Shown one piece after another: positions 36,883-45,610 of a DNA stretch of 57,776 bases. The position numbers and the translations under genes are program-made. How positions within the stretch are numbered: position 1 is the stretch's first letter; each line of letters starts with the position of its first letter. The DNA lies in NCBI GenBank assembly GCA_027620815.1, contig JAQCDH010000001.1, positions 1-57,776 on the forward strand. Direction: 5' to 3'. This stretch comes from Bacillota bacterium (GTDB lineage Bacteria > Bacillota_I > Bacilli_A > Acholeplasmatales > Acholeplasmataceae). The notes beneath the pieces were generated by a model. The model had not been told where the DNA came from. It worked only from the letters and a program-made list of their open reading frames with translations, and searched no databases.

Positions 36883-36912
36883 ATTATAAAGCAAACGATA
36901 TCGATTTAGCAA
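36883..36912 (-). promoter_or_regulatory. Putative hflX promoter that would give a leaderless transcript
   Basis: On the minus strand: TTGCTA (36912-36907), an 18-nt spacer, then TATAAT (36888-36883). Only 6 nt (CATGTT) separate it from the ATG at 36876, and there is no Shine-Dalgarno sequence. Confidence 0.35.
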
Positions 36913-36947
36913 GTAAAGAAATGAACCCTATTAAAAACACATAATTA

Positions 36948-36956
36948 TGCTATAAT
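36948..36956 (+). promoter_or_regulatory. Extended -10 element TGCTATAAT upstream of cdaA
   Basis: TGnTATAAT 26 nt upstream of the cdaA ATG, with an AAGGAG RBS in between. Confidence 0.4.
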
Positions 36957-36982
36957 AAAAGTGTTATTTAAAGGAGTATTGC

Positions 36983-37723
36983 ATGCCAGAAATTACATTT
37001 AAACTGATCATTGAATTTTATTTACTATTTGTTTTTGCACTTTTTGTTTTTAGATTTGTCACATCATCTAAAAGACTTATTGCAATCACAACCGTTTTCG
37101 CATTTATCTATCTCTTATCGGTTTTTGTATATATGCTAGAACTCCCTGTTTTAATCGTATTTTTTGATTATGTTTTATATTGGATTCCACTTGTTTATGT
37201 AATCGTCATTGTTCCTGATATGCGTCTTGCGATCGATTTAGCTTGGAAAAAACAAACTAAAAAAGATGATTTTGAAATGTTTAGTGATCAAACGAAATTA
37301 CAAATTTATGACGCAGTTGTTCATCTCTCTAATCAAAAAACAGGTGCGCTCATCACCATTGAAAAACATAACACGTTGGATCAATACAGCGAGCGTGCTG
37401 TATTATTACATAGTAAGGTAAGCAAAGAAATACTCATTAATATATTCACACCACTTACACCACTTCACGATGGTGCAGTCATCATTCGTGGGGATGAAAT
37501 TGTATGTGCAGGTGCATATTATGTATTATCTGAAAATGAAAAAGTAGAGTCTACAATGGGATCTAGACATCGTGCCGGATTAGGCATTAGTGAAGTAACA
37601 GATAGTTTAACGATTGTTGTTTCTGAGGAAACAGGAAGCATTTCTATTGCAATTGAAGGTATTTTAGTACGTTTAAGTGAGAAAGAAAAGCTCATGGACT
37701 ACTTGAATACATTTATGAAGTGA
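36983..37723 (+). CDS. cdaA: Diadenylate cyclase CdaA (membrane-bound, DisA_N/DAC domain)
   Basis: Three N-terminal TM helices, then the DAC motifs TPLHDGAVIIRGDEI and GSRHRAGLGISEVTDSLTIVVSEETGSISIA. Confidence 0.9.
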   Translation: MPEITFKLIIEFYLLFVFALFVFRFVTSSKRLIAITTVFAFIYLLSVFVYMLELPVLIVFFDYVLYWIPLVYVIVIVPDMRLAIDLAWKKQTKKDDFEMFSDQTKLQIYDAVVHLSNQKTGALITIEKHNTLDQYSERAVLLHSKVSKEILINIFTPLTPLHDGAVIIRGDEIVCAGAYYVLSENEKVESTMGSRHRAGLGISEVTDSLTIVVSEETGSISIAIEGILVRLSEKEKLMDYLNTFMK

Positions 37724-37730
37724 GGCACAT

Positions 37731-37892
37731 ATGAAAATTATAGCGATGATTATATTTTTACCATTTCGTGTATTGGCTGGAAACCAGGTTTCTGGAAGTT
37801 TATTTAACATATTTAAAAAATATCCGTGGTTGAACATCATACTGTCATTTCTTTTTGCCTTAGTGACGATACTCATAGTTAATAGAGGGTAA
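37731..37892 (+). CDS. 53-aa membrane peptide resembling only the N-terminal anchor of CdaR/YbbR
   Basis: Below the ORF-track cutoff: MKIIAMIIFLPFRVLAGNQVSGSLFNIFKKYPWLNIILSFLFALVTILIVNRG. It occupies the slot after cdaA where cdaR normally sits. The track's 37673..37906 (-) ORF is its antisense shadow. Confidence 0.4.
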   Translation: MKIIAMIIFLPFRVLAGNQVSGSLFNIFKKYPWLNIILSFLFALVTILIVNRG

Positions 37893-37893
37893 T

Positions 37894-39474
37894 ATGGTTC
37901 ATCCAATTTTCTTATTTGTTTTTTCCATTCTCATGCTCGTGATGATTATTCTTCAAAGTCTCCAACAAGAAAAAGTATTTGTATTGAGACTTGTTTTTGT
38001 TTTTGTCTTTGTTTTTGGGAACGCGATGTTGACATATTTAACCTTTAATGAAACCATTGTTTTAGCGTCATTATCCACACTGAACCAACAACTATATCTT
38101 GCTTATGTTGTTCTCGTATTTCTAATATTATTAGTCCTTATTTTAAGTTTATTTAAGTCATCCACTCTTAAATCGAATCATTATGCACTATTTATTAAAG
38201 CAATGAAAAATTCTAAATTTAACATGTATTTTATTTTAGATCAAAAAGAACGATTAAAAGATGTTTCGATTGGATTCTTACATGAATTAGGATTAGAAAA
38301 AGAAGACACTTTAGGTAAAAAACTTTACCAGACACTTTCTAAGACTATACGACTCCAACAACTCAACAACGAAGATGCAACGCCTAAAGATTTGCAAAAT
38401 TTCTTATCGACGTATAAAAAAACAGTCAAACCAAGTCAAACCGACGTTTTGGAAATAATTTTTTTAAACGCATTAGGAGAGCGAACACTCATTCGTTTCA
38501 TTCTTCAACCTGTTTTTGTTTTTTCTAAATTTAGAGGACTCGTTGCGGTAGGAGAAAAGAAAACAAATATCGAAATGATTGCTGTTGAAAAAGAACTTGA
38601 ACAAAGCAATTTAGAATTAGAAAGTATCCGTCATAAGTTTGTTGCAGTACTCGAGTTAACTAAAGAAGGATTGTTTTCAATTGATTTAAACAAACAAGAA
38701 ATTTGGATGAATGAACCCGCGAGTCAGTTGTTTCAATTAGGAAGTGAAACAACACCATATGAAACATTTTTACATAGACTCGTAAAAGAAGATCAAGAAA
38801 AAAGAGATCAAATCATAAGTAGGTTAAGCTATGAAGCACCAACATACGAATTCAAGTACCGAATTCTTAAAGAAAACCAAACAGTTTGGGTTGTAGAAAA
38901 AGGGAAGTATTTATTTGATAATCACGAAGAAAAAACGATTATGGGTACGATTCAAGAAATTCAAACAAAACATTTCTTAGCATCTAATATCGATGTATTA
39001 GACGCACTAAAAACATATCATGATATCGAAGTTGATTTACAAAAAAAGAAAAACAATCAACAATTTTATGATATTTTATACATCTCCATGCATAATTTAA
39101 ATGAGTTGAATTTAAAGCACGGACGTGATGTTGGCAATATGTTTCTAAGTGAATATATCAAACAGATGAGAAAAACATTCATCTCTGAATCCGGCGATAT
39201 TTATAGAATGAGTGGAAGTCGCTTCATTGTATTAATCACGGATCCAAGACGTGTTGATAATCTTGAAAAAGGACTTCAAACAGGGACACATTTTATGGAT
39301 GTCGCTTTGCAGTATGGTACCATTAGAGAACAATTACAAGTCAACGCTGTGATGATGGAAAGTACACTTGTGAAACATATCCAAGAAACGTTAAAATACA
39401 TGGAACAGCAGTTAATTACTTTGCGTGTAGGGATGCAAAAAAAATCAACCATGAGACTTTATGACGAAATCTGA
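37894..39474 (+). CDS. Membrane sensor protein with PAS-like domains and a degenerate GGDEF-like C-terminal domain
   Basis: About 4 N-terminal TM helices. PAS-like segments include GLFSIDLNKQEIWMNEPASQLF...YEFKYRILKENQTVWVVEKG. The C-terminal region LYISMHNLNELNLKHGRDVGNMFL...IYRMSGSRFIVLI aligns by eye to DxDxFKxxNDxxGHxxGD...RxGGDEF, with SGSRF in place of GGDEF. Confidence 0.6.
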   Translation: MVHPIFLFVFSILMLVMIILQSLQQEKVFVLRLVFVFVFVFGNAMLTYLTFNETIVLASLSTLNQQLYLAYVVLVFLILLVLILSLFKSSTLKSNHYALFIKAMKNSKFNMYFILDQKERLKDVSIGFLHELGLEKEDTLGKKLYQTLSKTIRLQQLNNEDATPKDLQNFLSTYKKTVKPSQTDVLEIIFLNALGERTLIRFILQPVFVFSKFRGLVAVGEKKTNIEMIAVEKELEQSNLELESIRHKFVAVLELTKEGLFSIDLNKQEIWMNEPASQLFQLGSETTPYETFLHRLVKEDQEKRDQIISRLSYEAPTYEFKYRILKENQTVWVVEKGKYLFDNHEEKTIMGTIQEIQTKHFLASNIDVLDALKTYHDIEVDLQKKKNNQQFYDILYISMHNLNELNLKHGRDVGNMFLSEYIKQMRKTFISESGDIYRMSGSRFIVLITDPRRVDNLEKGLQTGTHFMDVALQYGTIREQLQVNAVMMESTLVKHIQETLKYMEQQLITLRVGMQKKSTMRLYDEI

Positions 39475-40000
39475 AATTAGAGCATATATGCTTGAAAAAA
39501 GATACGCATTGAAAGAAGAAAAGCATCTACAATATTCATTAGATGCAGTCAAACATATTCAAGCCCACCCTATGTATCAACAAGCACGTGTTGTTGGATT
39601 ATACCACCCTATTAAAAATGAATTGAATATACTATCTCTTCTTGAAGATAAAAAAACGTTTTTATTACCAGTGGTGGATGAAGATCAGATGCATTATCAT
39701 CTTTTTAAAAACGGTGATACACTCACTAAAAGTACACTTCAAATATTAGAACCCAAAGATAATCCCGTGATGGATGATACACTTGAATTAATCATTGTTC
39801 CCGCACTTGCTGTAAGTAAAGATGGCCACCGAATTGGATATGGAAAAGGATTTTTTGACAAGTTTATTCAAACGCATGCACACATCAAAACATTAACAGT
39901 TGTTTTAGACTTTCAAGTAATAGAAAAATTACCCATAGAAAAGCACGATCAACACATTCAAACGGTGATCGTATTAAAAGGAGAACATCATGATTGTTGA
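39461..40000 (+). CDS. 5-formyltetrahydrofolate cyclo-ligase
   Basis: KSEIRAYMLEKR near the N terminus, and LIIVPALAVSKDGHRIGYGKGFFDKF. Size of 179 aa fits. Confidence 0.85.
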   Translation: MTKSEIRAYMLEKRYALKEEKHLQYSLDAVKHIQAHPMYQQARVVGLYHPIKNELNILSLLEDKKTFLLPVVDEDQMHYHLFKNGDTLTKSTLQILEPKDNPVMDDTLELIIVPALAVSKDGHRIGYGKGFFDKFIQTHAHIKTLTVVLDFQVIEKLPIEKHDQHIQTVIVLKGEHHDC

Positions 40001-40319
40001 AACAGAACATGGCGAATACACACTTATAAAAAACTATAAAGATGCATTTGATATCGTTAAATTTAATGAAAAATATATCGATGATTTATTTGATAAGTAT
40101 CAATACATTGTTGGTGATATTTCTGCAAGTATTGTAAGATTAAGAGGATTTTCAGAAGATGAGAGTAGTCCACAAAGCTTTAAAAAAATTCCTGATTATT
40201 TAAATGAAAGTTGTAATATGAATACAGCGTATTTCATTTTAAAAAGAGGAACAGAAGTAGTAGAAGAAGGATTGCTTGAAAAACAAGATGATACACCTTA
40301 TAATGAAGACAAGGAGTAA
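39990..40319 (+). CDS. YutD-like protein (DUF1027 family)
   Basis: FNEKYIDDLFDKYQYIVGDISASIVRLRGF resembles the YutD signature. It is adjacent to an Nfu-type gene, as in Bacillus (yutD/yutI region). Confidence 0.65.
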   Translation: MIVETEHGEYTLIKNYKDAFDIVKFNEKYIDDLFDKYQYIVGDISASIVRLRGFSEDESSPQSFKKIPDYLNESCNMNTAYFILKRGTEVVEEGLLEKQDDTPYNEDKE

Positions 40320-40322
40320 ACA

Positions 40323-40562
40323 ATGGATCAACAAACAATGGTAACCCAAGTAAATACTTTAATTACAAAAGTAAGACCGTATCTTCAAAGAGACGGTGGC
40401 GATATTGAAATCATCTCTATTGATGATGGCATCGTTTATGTAAAGATGCTCGGCGCATGTGATGGTTGTATGGCAATTGATATTACCCTTAAACAAGGAA
40501 TAGAAACCATGTTATTAGAAAACGTACCAGGAATCATTGGTGTTGTGATGGTAGAAGAATAA
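40323..40562 (+). CDS. NifU/Nfu C-terminal-domain iron-sulfur scaffold or carrier protein
   Basis: VRPYLQRDGGDIEIISIDDGIVYVKMLGACDGCMA contains the CxxC motif. Confidence 0.85.
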   Translation: MDQQTMVTQVNTLITKVRPYLQRDGGDIEIISIDDGIVYVKMLGACDGCMAIDITLKQGIETMLLENVPGIIGVVMVEE

Positions 40563-40593
40563 GGTCATTTTATATACATGATCTTTTTTTTTT
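40563..40593 (+). terminator. Weak hairpin plus T10 run after the Nfu gene
   Basis: GGTCAT pairs with ATGATC (one G-U pair) around a 9-nt loop. T10 follows at 40584-40593. Confidence 0.35.
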
Positions 40594-40601
40594 GATATAA
40601 T
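40593..40601 (+). promoter_or_regulatory. Extended -10 element TGATATAAT upstream of the DegV gene
   Basis: An exact TGnTATAAT match 27 nt upstream of the ATG at 40629, with an AAGGAG RBS in between. Confidence 0.4.
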
Positions 40602-40628
40602 ATAATAAATTATTTAAAGGAGAATTAC

Positions 40629-41477
40629 ATGGCAAAAATTGGACTTATCGTAGATTCAACGTTTACCATCAGCGAAGAACTTGCAAAAAAGCATGACATT
40701 TCAATTATTCCCCTAACCGTATTTGTCGACGGACAACCACATTTAGACGGAACAATCACTATCAAACAACTCGAACAAGCATTTTTAGAAGACAAAGATT
40801 TTAAAACAAGTCAACCTACTCCAGAAAGTTATGTAAAAGCATACGAAGAACAACTTAAAAAGTACGATGAATTACTCGTATTAACACTTGCAAAAAATTT
40901 GAGTGGAACATTTAACTCAGCAACACTCGCAAGAGAAACATTAGACCAACCAGAGCGTGTCACCATCGTTGATACAGAATCAACAGGTGCAGGTGGACTT
41001 TATTTTGTTGAAGCTGTTTTAGCAAAACTTAAAAAAGAAGTTGCAATGTCTGAACTCGTTGCGTTATGTGAAGATATTAAAACTAGAGGCTTTTTCTTTG
41101 TCACTGTTGATGATTTAAAGTATTTAATCAAAGGTGGTAGAATTACAAAAACCAAAGCATTCATTGGTAACTTGTTAAAGAAAAAACCAGTATTGAAATT
41201 TAAAAATGGAAAATTAGAACTTGATCAAACCGTACGTAGTTTCATCGGTGTTAAAGACTACATATTTGAACAATCTAAAGGATTGATTGAAACAACTAAA
41301 AAGAAATTAACAGTATATATCAATTATGTTAATGATATCGAACGTGCTCAATCGTTAAAACAAAAACTGTCTGAACTTGGAAATGAAGTTAATATTCAAA
41401 TCGTCGGTCTTGTAAGTCCAGTTGTCTCAGCACACGTCGGACTTGGCGCACTAGGCATCTACTTAGTTACTGAATAA
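40629..41477 (+). CDS. DegV-family fatty-acid-binding protein
   Basis: KIGLIVDSTFTISEE and NLSGTFNSA motifs. 282 aa. Confidence 0.9.
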   Translation: MAKIGLIVDSTFTISEELAKKHDISIIPLTVFVDGQPHLDGTITIKQLEQAFLEDKDFKTSQPTPESYVKAYEEQLKKYDELLVLTLAKNLSGTFNSATLARETLDQPERVTIVDTESTGAGGLYFVEAVLAKLKKEVAMSELVALCEDIKTRGFFFVTVDDLKYLIKGGRITKTKAFIGNLLKKKPVLKFKNGKLELDQTVRSFIGVKDYIFEQSKGLIETTKKKLTVYINYVNDIERAQSLKQKLSELGNEVNIQIVGLVSPVVSAHVGLGALGIYLVTE

Positions 41478-41483
41478 CACATT

Positions 41484-41511
41484 AAAGGATACCACTTGGT
41501 ATCCTTTTTTT
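41484..41511 (+). terminator. Rho-independent terminator after the DegV gene
   Basis: AAAGGATACC pairs with GGTATCCTTT around the loop ACTT, followed by T7. Confidence 0.7.
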
Positions 41512-41512
41512 A

Positions 41513-41521
41513 TGATATAAT
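41513..41521 (+). promoter_or_regulatory. Extended -10 element TGATATAAT upstream of the S1-domain gene
   Basis: An exact TGnTATAAT match 15 nt upstream of the ATG at 41537. Confidence 0.4.
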
Positions 41522-41536
41522 AAATTGAGGTTTTCT

Positions 41537-41884
41537 ATGGAAACAGGGCAAGTAATCAGGTGTAAAGTATCAGGTATTCAGTCTTATGGAGCGTTCGTTG
41601 AATGTGGGGAGATTAAAGGATTGATTCACATCTCTGAACTCTCTGATTTTTATGTCGCAAATATAGAGTCGATGTTACAAGTTGGGGATGACATTGATTG
41701 TTATGTTTTAGAAGTTGATACCAATAAACTAAAACTCAGTTTAAAAAAGATTTATTACATCCCTCATCATGTATTAAGACATGTCAAAATTACAACCGGA
41801 TTTTTAACACTTGAACGCGTCTTACCTCACTTCATAGAAAAAGCTAAAAAACACATCAAAGGAGAGTCACATGATTCACATTAA
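41537..41884 (+). CDS. S1-domain RNA-binding protein (YugI/CvfD-like)
   Basis: GQVIRCKVSGIQSYGAFVECGEIKGLIHISELSD is a canonical S1 motif. The ATG at 41537 has GAGG 6 nt upstream and is preferred over the track's TTG at 41525. Confidence 0.8.
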   Translation: METGQVIRCKVSGIQSYGAFVECGEIKGLIHISELSDFYVANIESMLQVGDDIDCYVLEVDTNKLKLSLKKIYYIPHHVLRHVKITTGFLTLERVLPHFIEKAKKHIKGESHDSH

Positions 41885-43148
41885 CACAAAGTATGTCACA
41901 CCTTTTTTAAAGGGTGACATGAATGATTACCAGTCAAGAGTCAATGAAATTCATCAGATGATTCATGAAAAAACAGGAAAGGGTTCTGATTTTTTAGGTT
42001 GGGTAGAACTCCCTAACACCATTTCAGAACAGTTGCCTAGAATTCAAAGTGTTGCTGACAGGTTAAAGCAATATGATGTTTTAGTTGTGATTGGTATCGG
42101 GGGATCTTATTTAGGGACAAAAGCGGGATTAAACTTTTTAGAAACACCTTTTAAACATATGAAACCAGAAATTATTTTTGCTGGACACAATATGTCAAGT
42201 AATTATATGGTTGAGTTGTTAGAATATATTAAAGATAAAAGTGTTGCAGTCAATGTGATTTCAAAATCAGGAACAACAACAGAACCAGCAATTGCATTTC
42301 GTTTAATTATGGATCAACTTAAAGCAAGATATACAAAAGTAGAACTTCAGTCATGTATCGTTGCAACAACAGATAAAGCACGTGGCGCACTATTTCAATT
42401 ATCTAAAGCTGAAGGATATGATCAATTTGTCATACCTGATGATGTTGGTGGAAGATACAGTGTATTATCTCCAGTAGGATTATTACCACTTGCTGTTGCA
42501 GGTTATGATATTCAGGAGATGATTTCAGGTGCTAAAAAAGCATATAAAGATGCATCTAACCCAGAGTTAACAAAAAATGTGAGTTACCAGTACGCAGTCT
42601 TGCGTTATATGCTTTATACACAAGGTAAAAAAATCGAAATGCTTGCAAGCTATGAACCAAACATGCAATACGTCAACGAATGGTGGAAACAATTATTTGG
42701 TGAATCTGAAGGTAAAGAAAACAAAGGACTTTTTATTTCTAGTGCCCTTTTCTCTACAGATTTACACTCATTAGGTCAATATATACAAGAAGGTGAAAGA
42801 CATTTATTTGAAACCATTATTCATATTGATCAACCTAAAAAAGACATTGTGATTCAAGCACAAGACCAAGATTTAGACGGTTTGAACTATCTTGCTGGAG
42901 AAACATTATCTTATGTGAATACAAAAGCTGAAGAAGGCACACTACTAGCCCACCAAGAAGGAAATGTTCCTAACATCGTTTTACATTTAGAAAATGTGAG
43001 TGAAGCGTCTTTTGGCTACATAATGTATTTCTTTGAAATTGCATGTGCAATGTCAGCGTATTTAATTGAAATTAATCCATTTGATCAACCAGGTGTTGAA
43101 TCGTATAAAAAACATATGTTTCAATTATTAGGTAAACCAGGCTATTGA
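41871..43148 (+). CDS. pgi: Glucose-6-phosphate isomerase
   Basis: Blocks GIGGSYLGTKAG, DDVGGRYSVLSPVG, FGESEGKENKG. Confidence 0.95.
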   Translation: MIHINTKYVTPFLKGDMNDYQSRVNEIHQMIHEKTGKGSDFLGWVELPNTISEQLPRIQSVADRLKQYDVLVVIGIGGSYLGTKAGLNFLETPFKHMKPEIIFAGHNMSSNYMVELLEYIKDKSVAVNVISKSGTTTEPAIAFRLIMDQLKARYTKVELQSCIVATTDKARGALFQLSKAEGYDQFVIPDDVGGRYSVLSPVGLLPLAVAGYDIQEMISGAKKAYKDASNPELTKNVSYQYAVLRYMLYTQGKKIEMLASYEPNMQYVNEWWKQLFGESEGKENKGLFISSALFSTDLHSLGQYIQEGERHLFETIIHIDQPKKDIVIQAQDQDLDGLNYLAGETLSYVNTKAEEGTLLAHQEGNVPNIVLHLENVSEASFGYIMYFFEIACAMSAYLIEINPFDQPGVESYKKHMFQLLGKPGY

Positions 43149-43152
43149 CCTT

Positions 43153-43611
43153 ATGTCAATACACGTGACCTCGAATCAACAAGAAACTGAACTTCTAGGC
43201 TATCAATTAGCTTCTCTTTTAAACTATCAAGATTACCCTATCGTGATATTAGATGGTCCACTTGCAGCAGGAAAAACGACATTTACTAAAGGAATTGCTA
43301 AAGCATTAGACATTACTAAAATGATCAATAGTCCTAGTTATACACTTATGAAATCATATCAGTCAGAAGATAAAACTAAACAACTTTACCATTTAGATTT
43401 ATATAGAATGAATAAAAATAATCAAGATTATGATTTAGAGGAATATATCAATGCAGAGGCATTTACCGTTATTGAATGGCCTTTTCAAGTTCCTCAGTTA
43501 TTACCAGAACATTATGTAAAAGTAACACTTAAGGTGACTTCAGAATTGATAAGAGAGATAGAAATTACTTGTCATGCGCCATATTGTGTGAACTTGGAGC
43601 AAAAACGATGA
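43153..43611 (+). CDS. tsaE: tRNA t6A37 biosynthesis ATPase TsaE
   Basis: Blocks LDGPLAAGKTTFTKGIAKAL, SPSYTLMKSY, LYHLDLYRM. Confidence 0.9.
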   Translation: MSIHVTSNQQETELLGYQLASLLNYQDYPIVILDGPLAAGKTTFTKGIAKALDITKMINSPSYTLMKSYQSEDKTKQLYHLDLYRMNKNNQDYDLEEYINAEAFTVIEWPFQVPQLLPEHYVKVTLKVTSELIREIEITCHAPYCVNLEQKR

Positions 43612-44192
43612 TTAAATTATATATGGATGTGTCAACAGATGTTATGTATATCGCTTTATCAAAAGATAATACACTACTAGATTTTTCTGTTCGTCACGGT
43701 AAAAGAGATCATGCAAAATATTTAGTTGATCGCATTCAACTAATACTTGAAAAAAATAAACTTCGTTTAGATGATGTTAATGAAATAATTGTAGGAGAAG
43801 GACCGGGATCTTATACTGGTATTAGAATTGCTGTTACCGTTGGAAAAACTCTTGCCTTTGCTAAAAAAATAGATTTATACCGTGTTTCAAGTTTAATATT
43901 TATGTCCTCTGGTTTTGAAGGACTTACTTGTGTCATACATGATGCGAGAAGAGGTTTTGTTTTTGCATCTATTTATGAAGATGGCGATGTTTATTTAAAT
44001 AGTAAATATATCCTATTAGAGGAGTTAAAAAATCATGCTCACTATAAAAAAACAAATATGATCACACTTGATGAAGAAACTTATAAAGTTGATCTTTCAA
44101 AAATTGATTTACATAGAAAGTTAGTTGTTGATGTTCATTCATTTGAACCAAATTATTCACGATTAACTGAGGCAGAAGAAAATGCAAGTTAG
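43608..44192 (+). CDS. tsaB: tRNA t6A37 biosynthesis protein TsaB
   Basis: The ATG at 43608 (ATGA overlap with tsaE) gives MIKLYMDVSTDVMYIAL. The GEGPGSYTGIRIAV motif is present. Confidence 0.88.
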   Translation: MIKLYMDVSTDVMYIALSKDNTLLDFSVRHGKRDHAKYLVDRIQLILEKNKLRLDDVNEIIVGEGPGSYTGIRIAVTVGKTLAFAKKIDLYRVSSLIFMSSGFEGLTCVIHDARRGFVFASIYEDGDVYLNSKYILLEELKNHAHYKKTNMITLDEETYKVDLSKIDLHRKLVVDVHSFEPNYSRLTEAEENAS

Positions 44193-44634
44193 AAAAGCTA
44201 AAGATATTGATGCTGAAATCATTTCATCTATTGAACAAAGTGCTCTGAATGAATCGTTAGGGATTCCATTTTTAAGACAAGAGTTACTCACGAATCCATT
44301 TGCTAACTATTATATTCTTGAAAAAAATGAAGTTGGCATTGGTTATATTGGTGTTCGAGTTGTTGATGATCATGGTGAAATTATGAATTTTGCTGTTTAT
44401 AAAGAAAAACAAAGACAAGGGTATGGCACCTTTCTTTTTGAATATGTATTAAAAGAAATGCTTTCACTCGGTGTAACGAGTATGTCTTTAGAAGTTAGAA
44501 AAAGTAATGTAAAAGCAATAAAGTTTTATGAAAAATATGGATTTACTAAGTCTTACTTAAGACCAAACTACTACAGTGATGAAGATGCAGTCGTTTATAT
44601 AAAGGAATTTAATCATGATTATATTAGCGATTGA
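44182..44634 (+). CDS. rimI: Ribosomal-protein-alanine N-acetyltransferase (GNAT)
   Basis: GNAT motif A QRQGYGTFLF, and the position between tsaB and tsaD. Confidence 0.8.
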   Translation: MQVRKAKDIDAEIISSIEQSALNESLGIPFLRQELLTNPFANYYILEKNEVGIGYIGVRVVDDHGEIMNFAVYKEKQRQGYGTFLFEYVLKEMLSLGVTSMSLEVRKSNVKAIKFYEKYGFTKSYLRPNYYSDEDAVVYIKEFNHDYISD

Positions 44635-45601
44635 AAGTAGTTGTGACGAAACAAGTGTTGCGATCTTAAAAGGCGAAAGAGAAATTTTATCACACGTTCT
44701 CGTTTCTCAAATCGATATTTTTAAATCATTTGGTGGTGTTGTTCCGGAAATGGCATCAAGAAACCATGTTTCAGTCATTACAAAACTCATAGATGAAGCA
44801 TTGAATCAAGCAAATATTCAACCAAGCGAACTTTCATTTGTTGCAGTTACTGAAGGTCCAGGATTAATTGGATCTTTACTAGTAGGTATTAATGCAGCAA
44901 CTGCATTTGCTTATGCACATCACATACCTGTGATTGGCGTTAATCATCTAGCAGGTCATATTTATTCCGCGAATTTAATTCAACCATTTGAATTTCCACT
45001 TCTTGCTTTGTTAGTTTCTGGAGGACACACGGAACTCATATATATGCACGATCATATGTCATTTAAAATTATCGGAGAAACGTTAGACGATGCTGTTGGT
45101 GAAGCTTATGATAAAGTTGCTAAAATGTTAGGATTAGGTTATCCGGGTGGACCTTTAATAGACCAAAAAGCATTTCTTGGTAAAGACACATACCAATTGC
45201 CCAGACCTAAACTTGAATCTCATGGTCTCAATTTTAGTTTTTCAGGACTTAAAAGTGCCGTTGCAAATATCGTAGGAAAAGAACGAGAAAAGATTGATGT
45301 AAACAACATGTGTACCTCATTTCAGTCAGCAGTCATGGATGTAATACAGTATAAATTAGAAAAAACCTACGAGGCATATGATGTTAAACAAACCATTATT
45401 GTAGGTGGTGTTGCTGCAAATAAAGGCTTAAGAATGATGCTTGAAAAACAATTTTCATCACGAAATATAATTGTTCCACCGTTAAATTATTGTACGGATA
45501 ATGCAGTTATGATAGCTGCTGCCGCATATCATCAATACCGATTAAATCCTAATTTTAAAGATTATATTTTAGGTGGTCAAGCAAATCTTTCTCTTGATTA
45601 A
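44615..45601 (+). CDS. tsaD: tRNA N6-adenosine threonylcarbamoyltransferase TsaD
   Basis: Blocks ILAIESSCDETSVA, NHLAGHIY, LLVSGGHT, GGVAANKGLR. Confidence 0.95.
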   Translation: MIILAIESSCDETSVAILKGEREILSHVLVSQIDIFKSFGGVVPEMASRNHVSVITKLIDEALNQANIQPSELSFVAVTEGPGLIGSLLVGINAATAFAYAHHIPVIGVNHLAGHIYSANLIQPFEFPLLALLVSGGHTELIYMHDHMSFKIIGETLDDAVGEAYDKVAKMLGLGYPGGPLIDQKAFLGKDTYQLPRPKLESHGLNFSFSGLKSAVANIVGKEREKIDVNNMCTSFQSAVMDVIQYKLEKTYEAYDVKQTIIVGGVAANKGLRMMLEKQFSSRNIIVPPLNYCTDNAVMIAAAAYHQYRLNPNFKDYILGGQANLSLD

Positions 45602-45610
45602 GGAGATTTC

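Noticed and set aside
37990-38022. Hexanucleotide-like repeat GTTTTT/GTCTTT x4 (encoding VFVFVFVF) as a possible phase-variation tract
   Set aside because: It is short, imperfect and in frame (6-nt unit), and lies within a predicted TM helix. Slippage would only add or remove Val-Phe pairs. There is no evidence of switching.
40584-40593. T10 homopolymer in the spacer upstream of the DegV gene as a phase-variable promoter element
   Set aside because: It is more simply read as the U-run of the weak terminator after the Nfu gene. DegV is a housekeeping gene, and a single sequence cannot show length variation.
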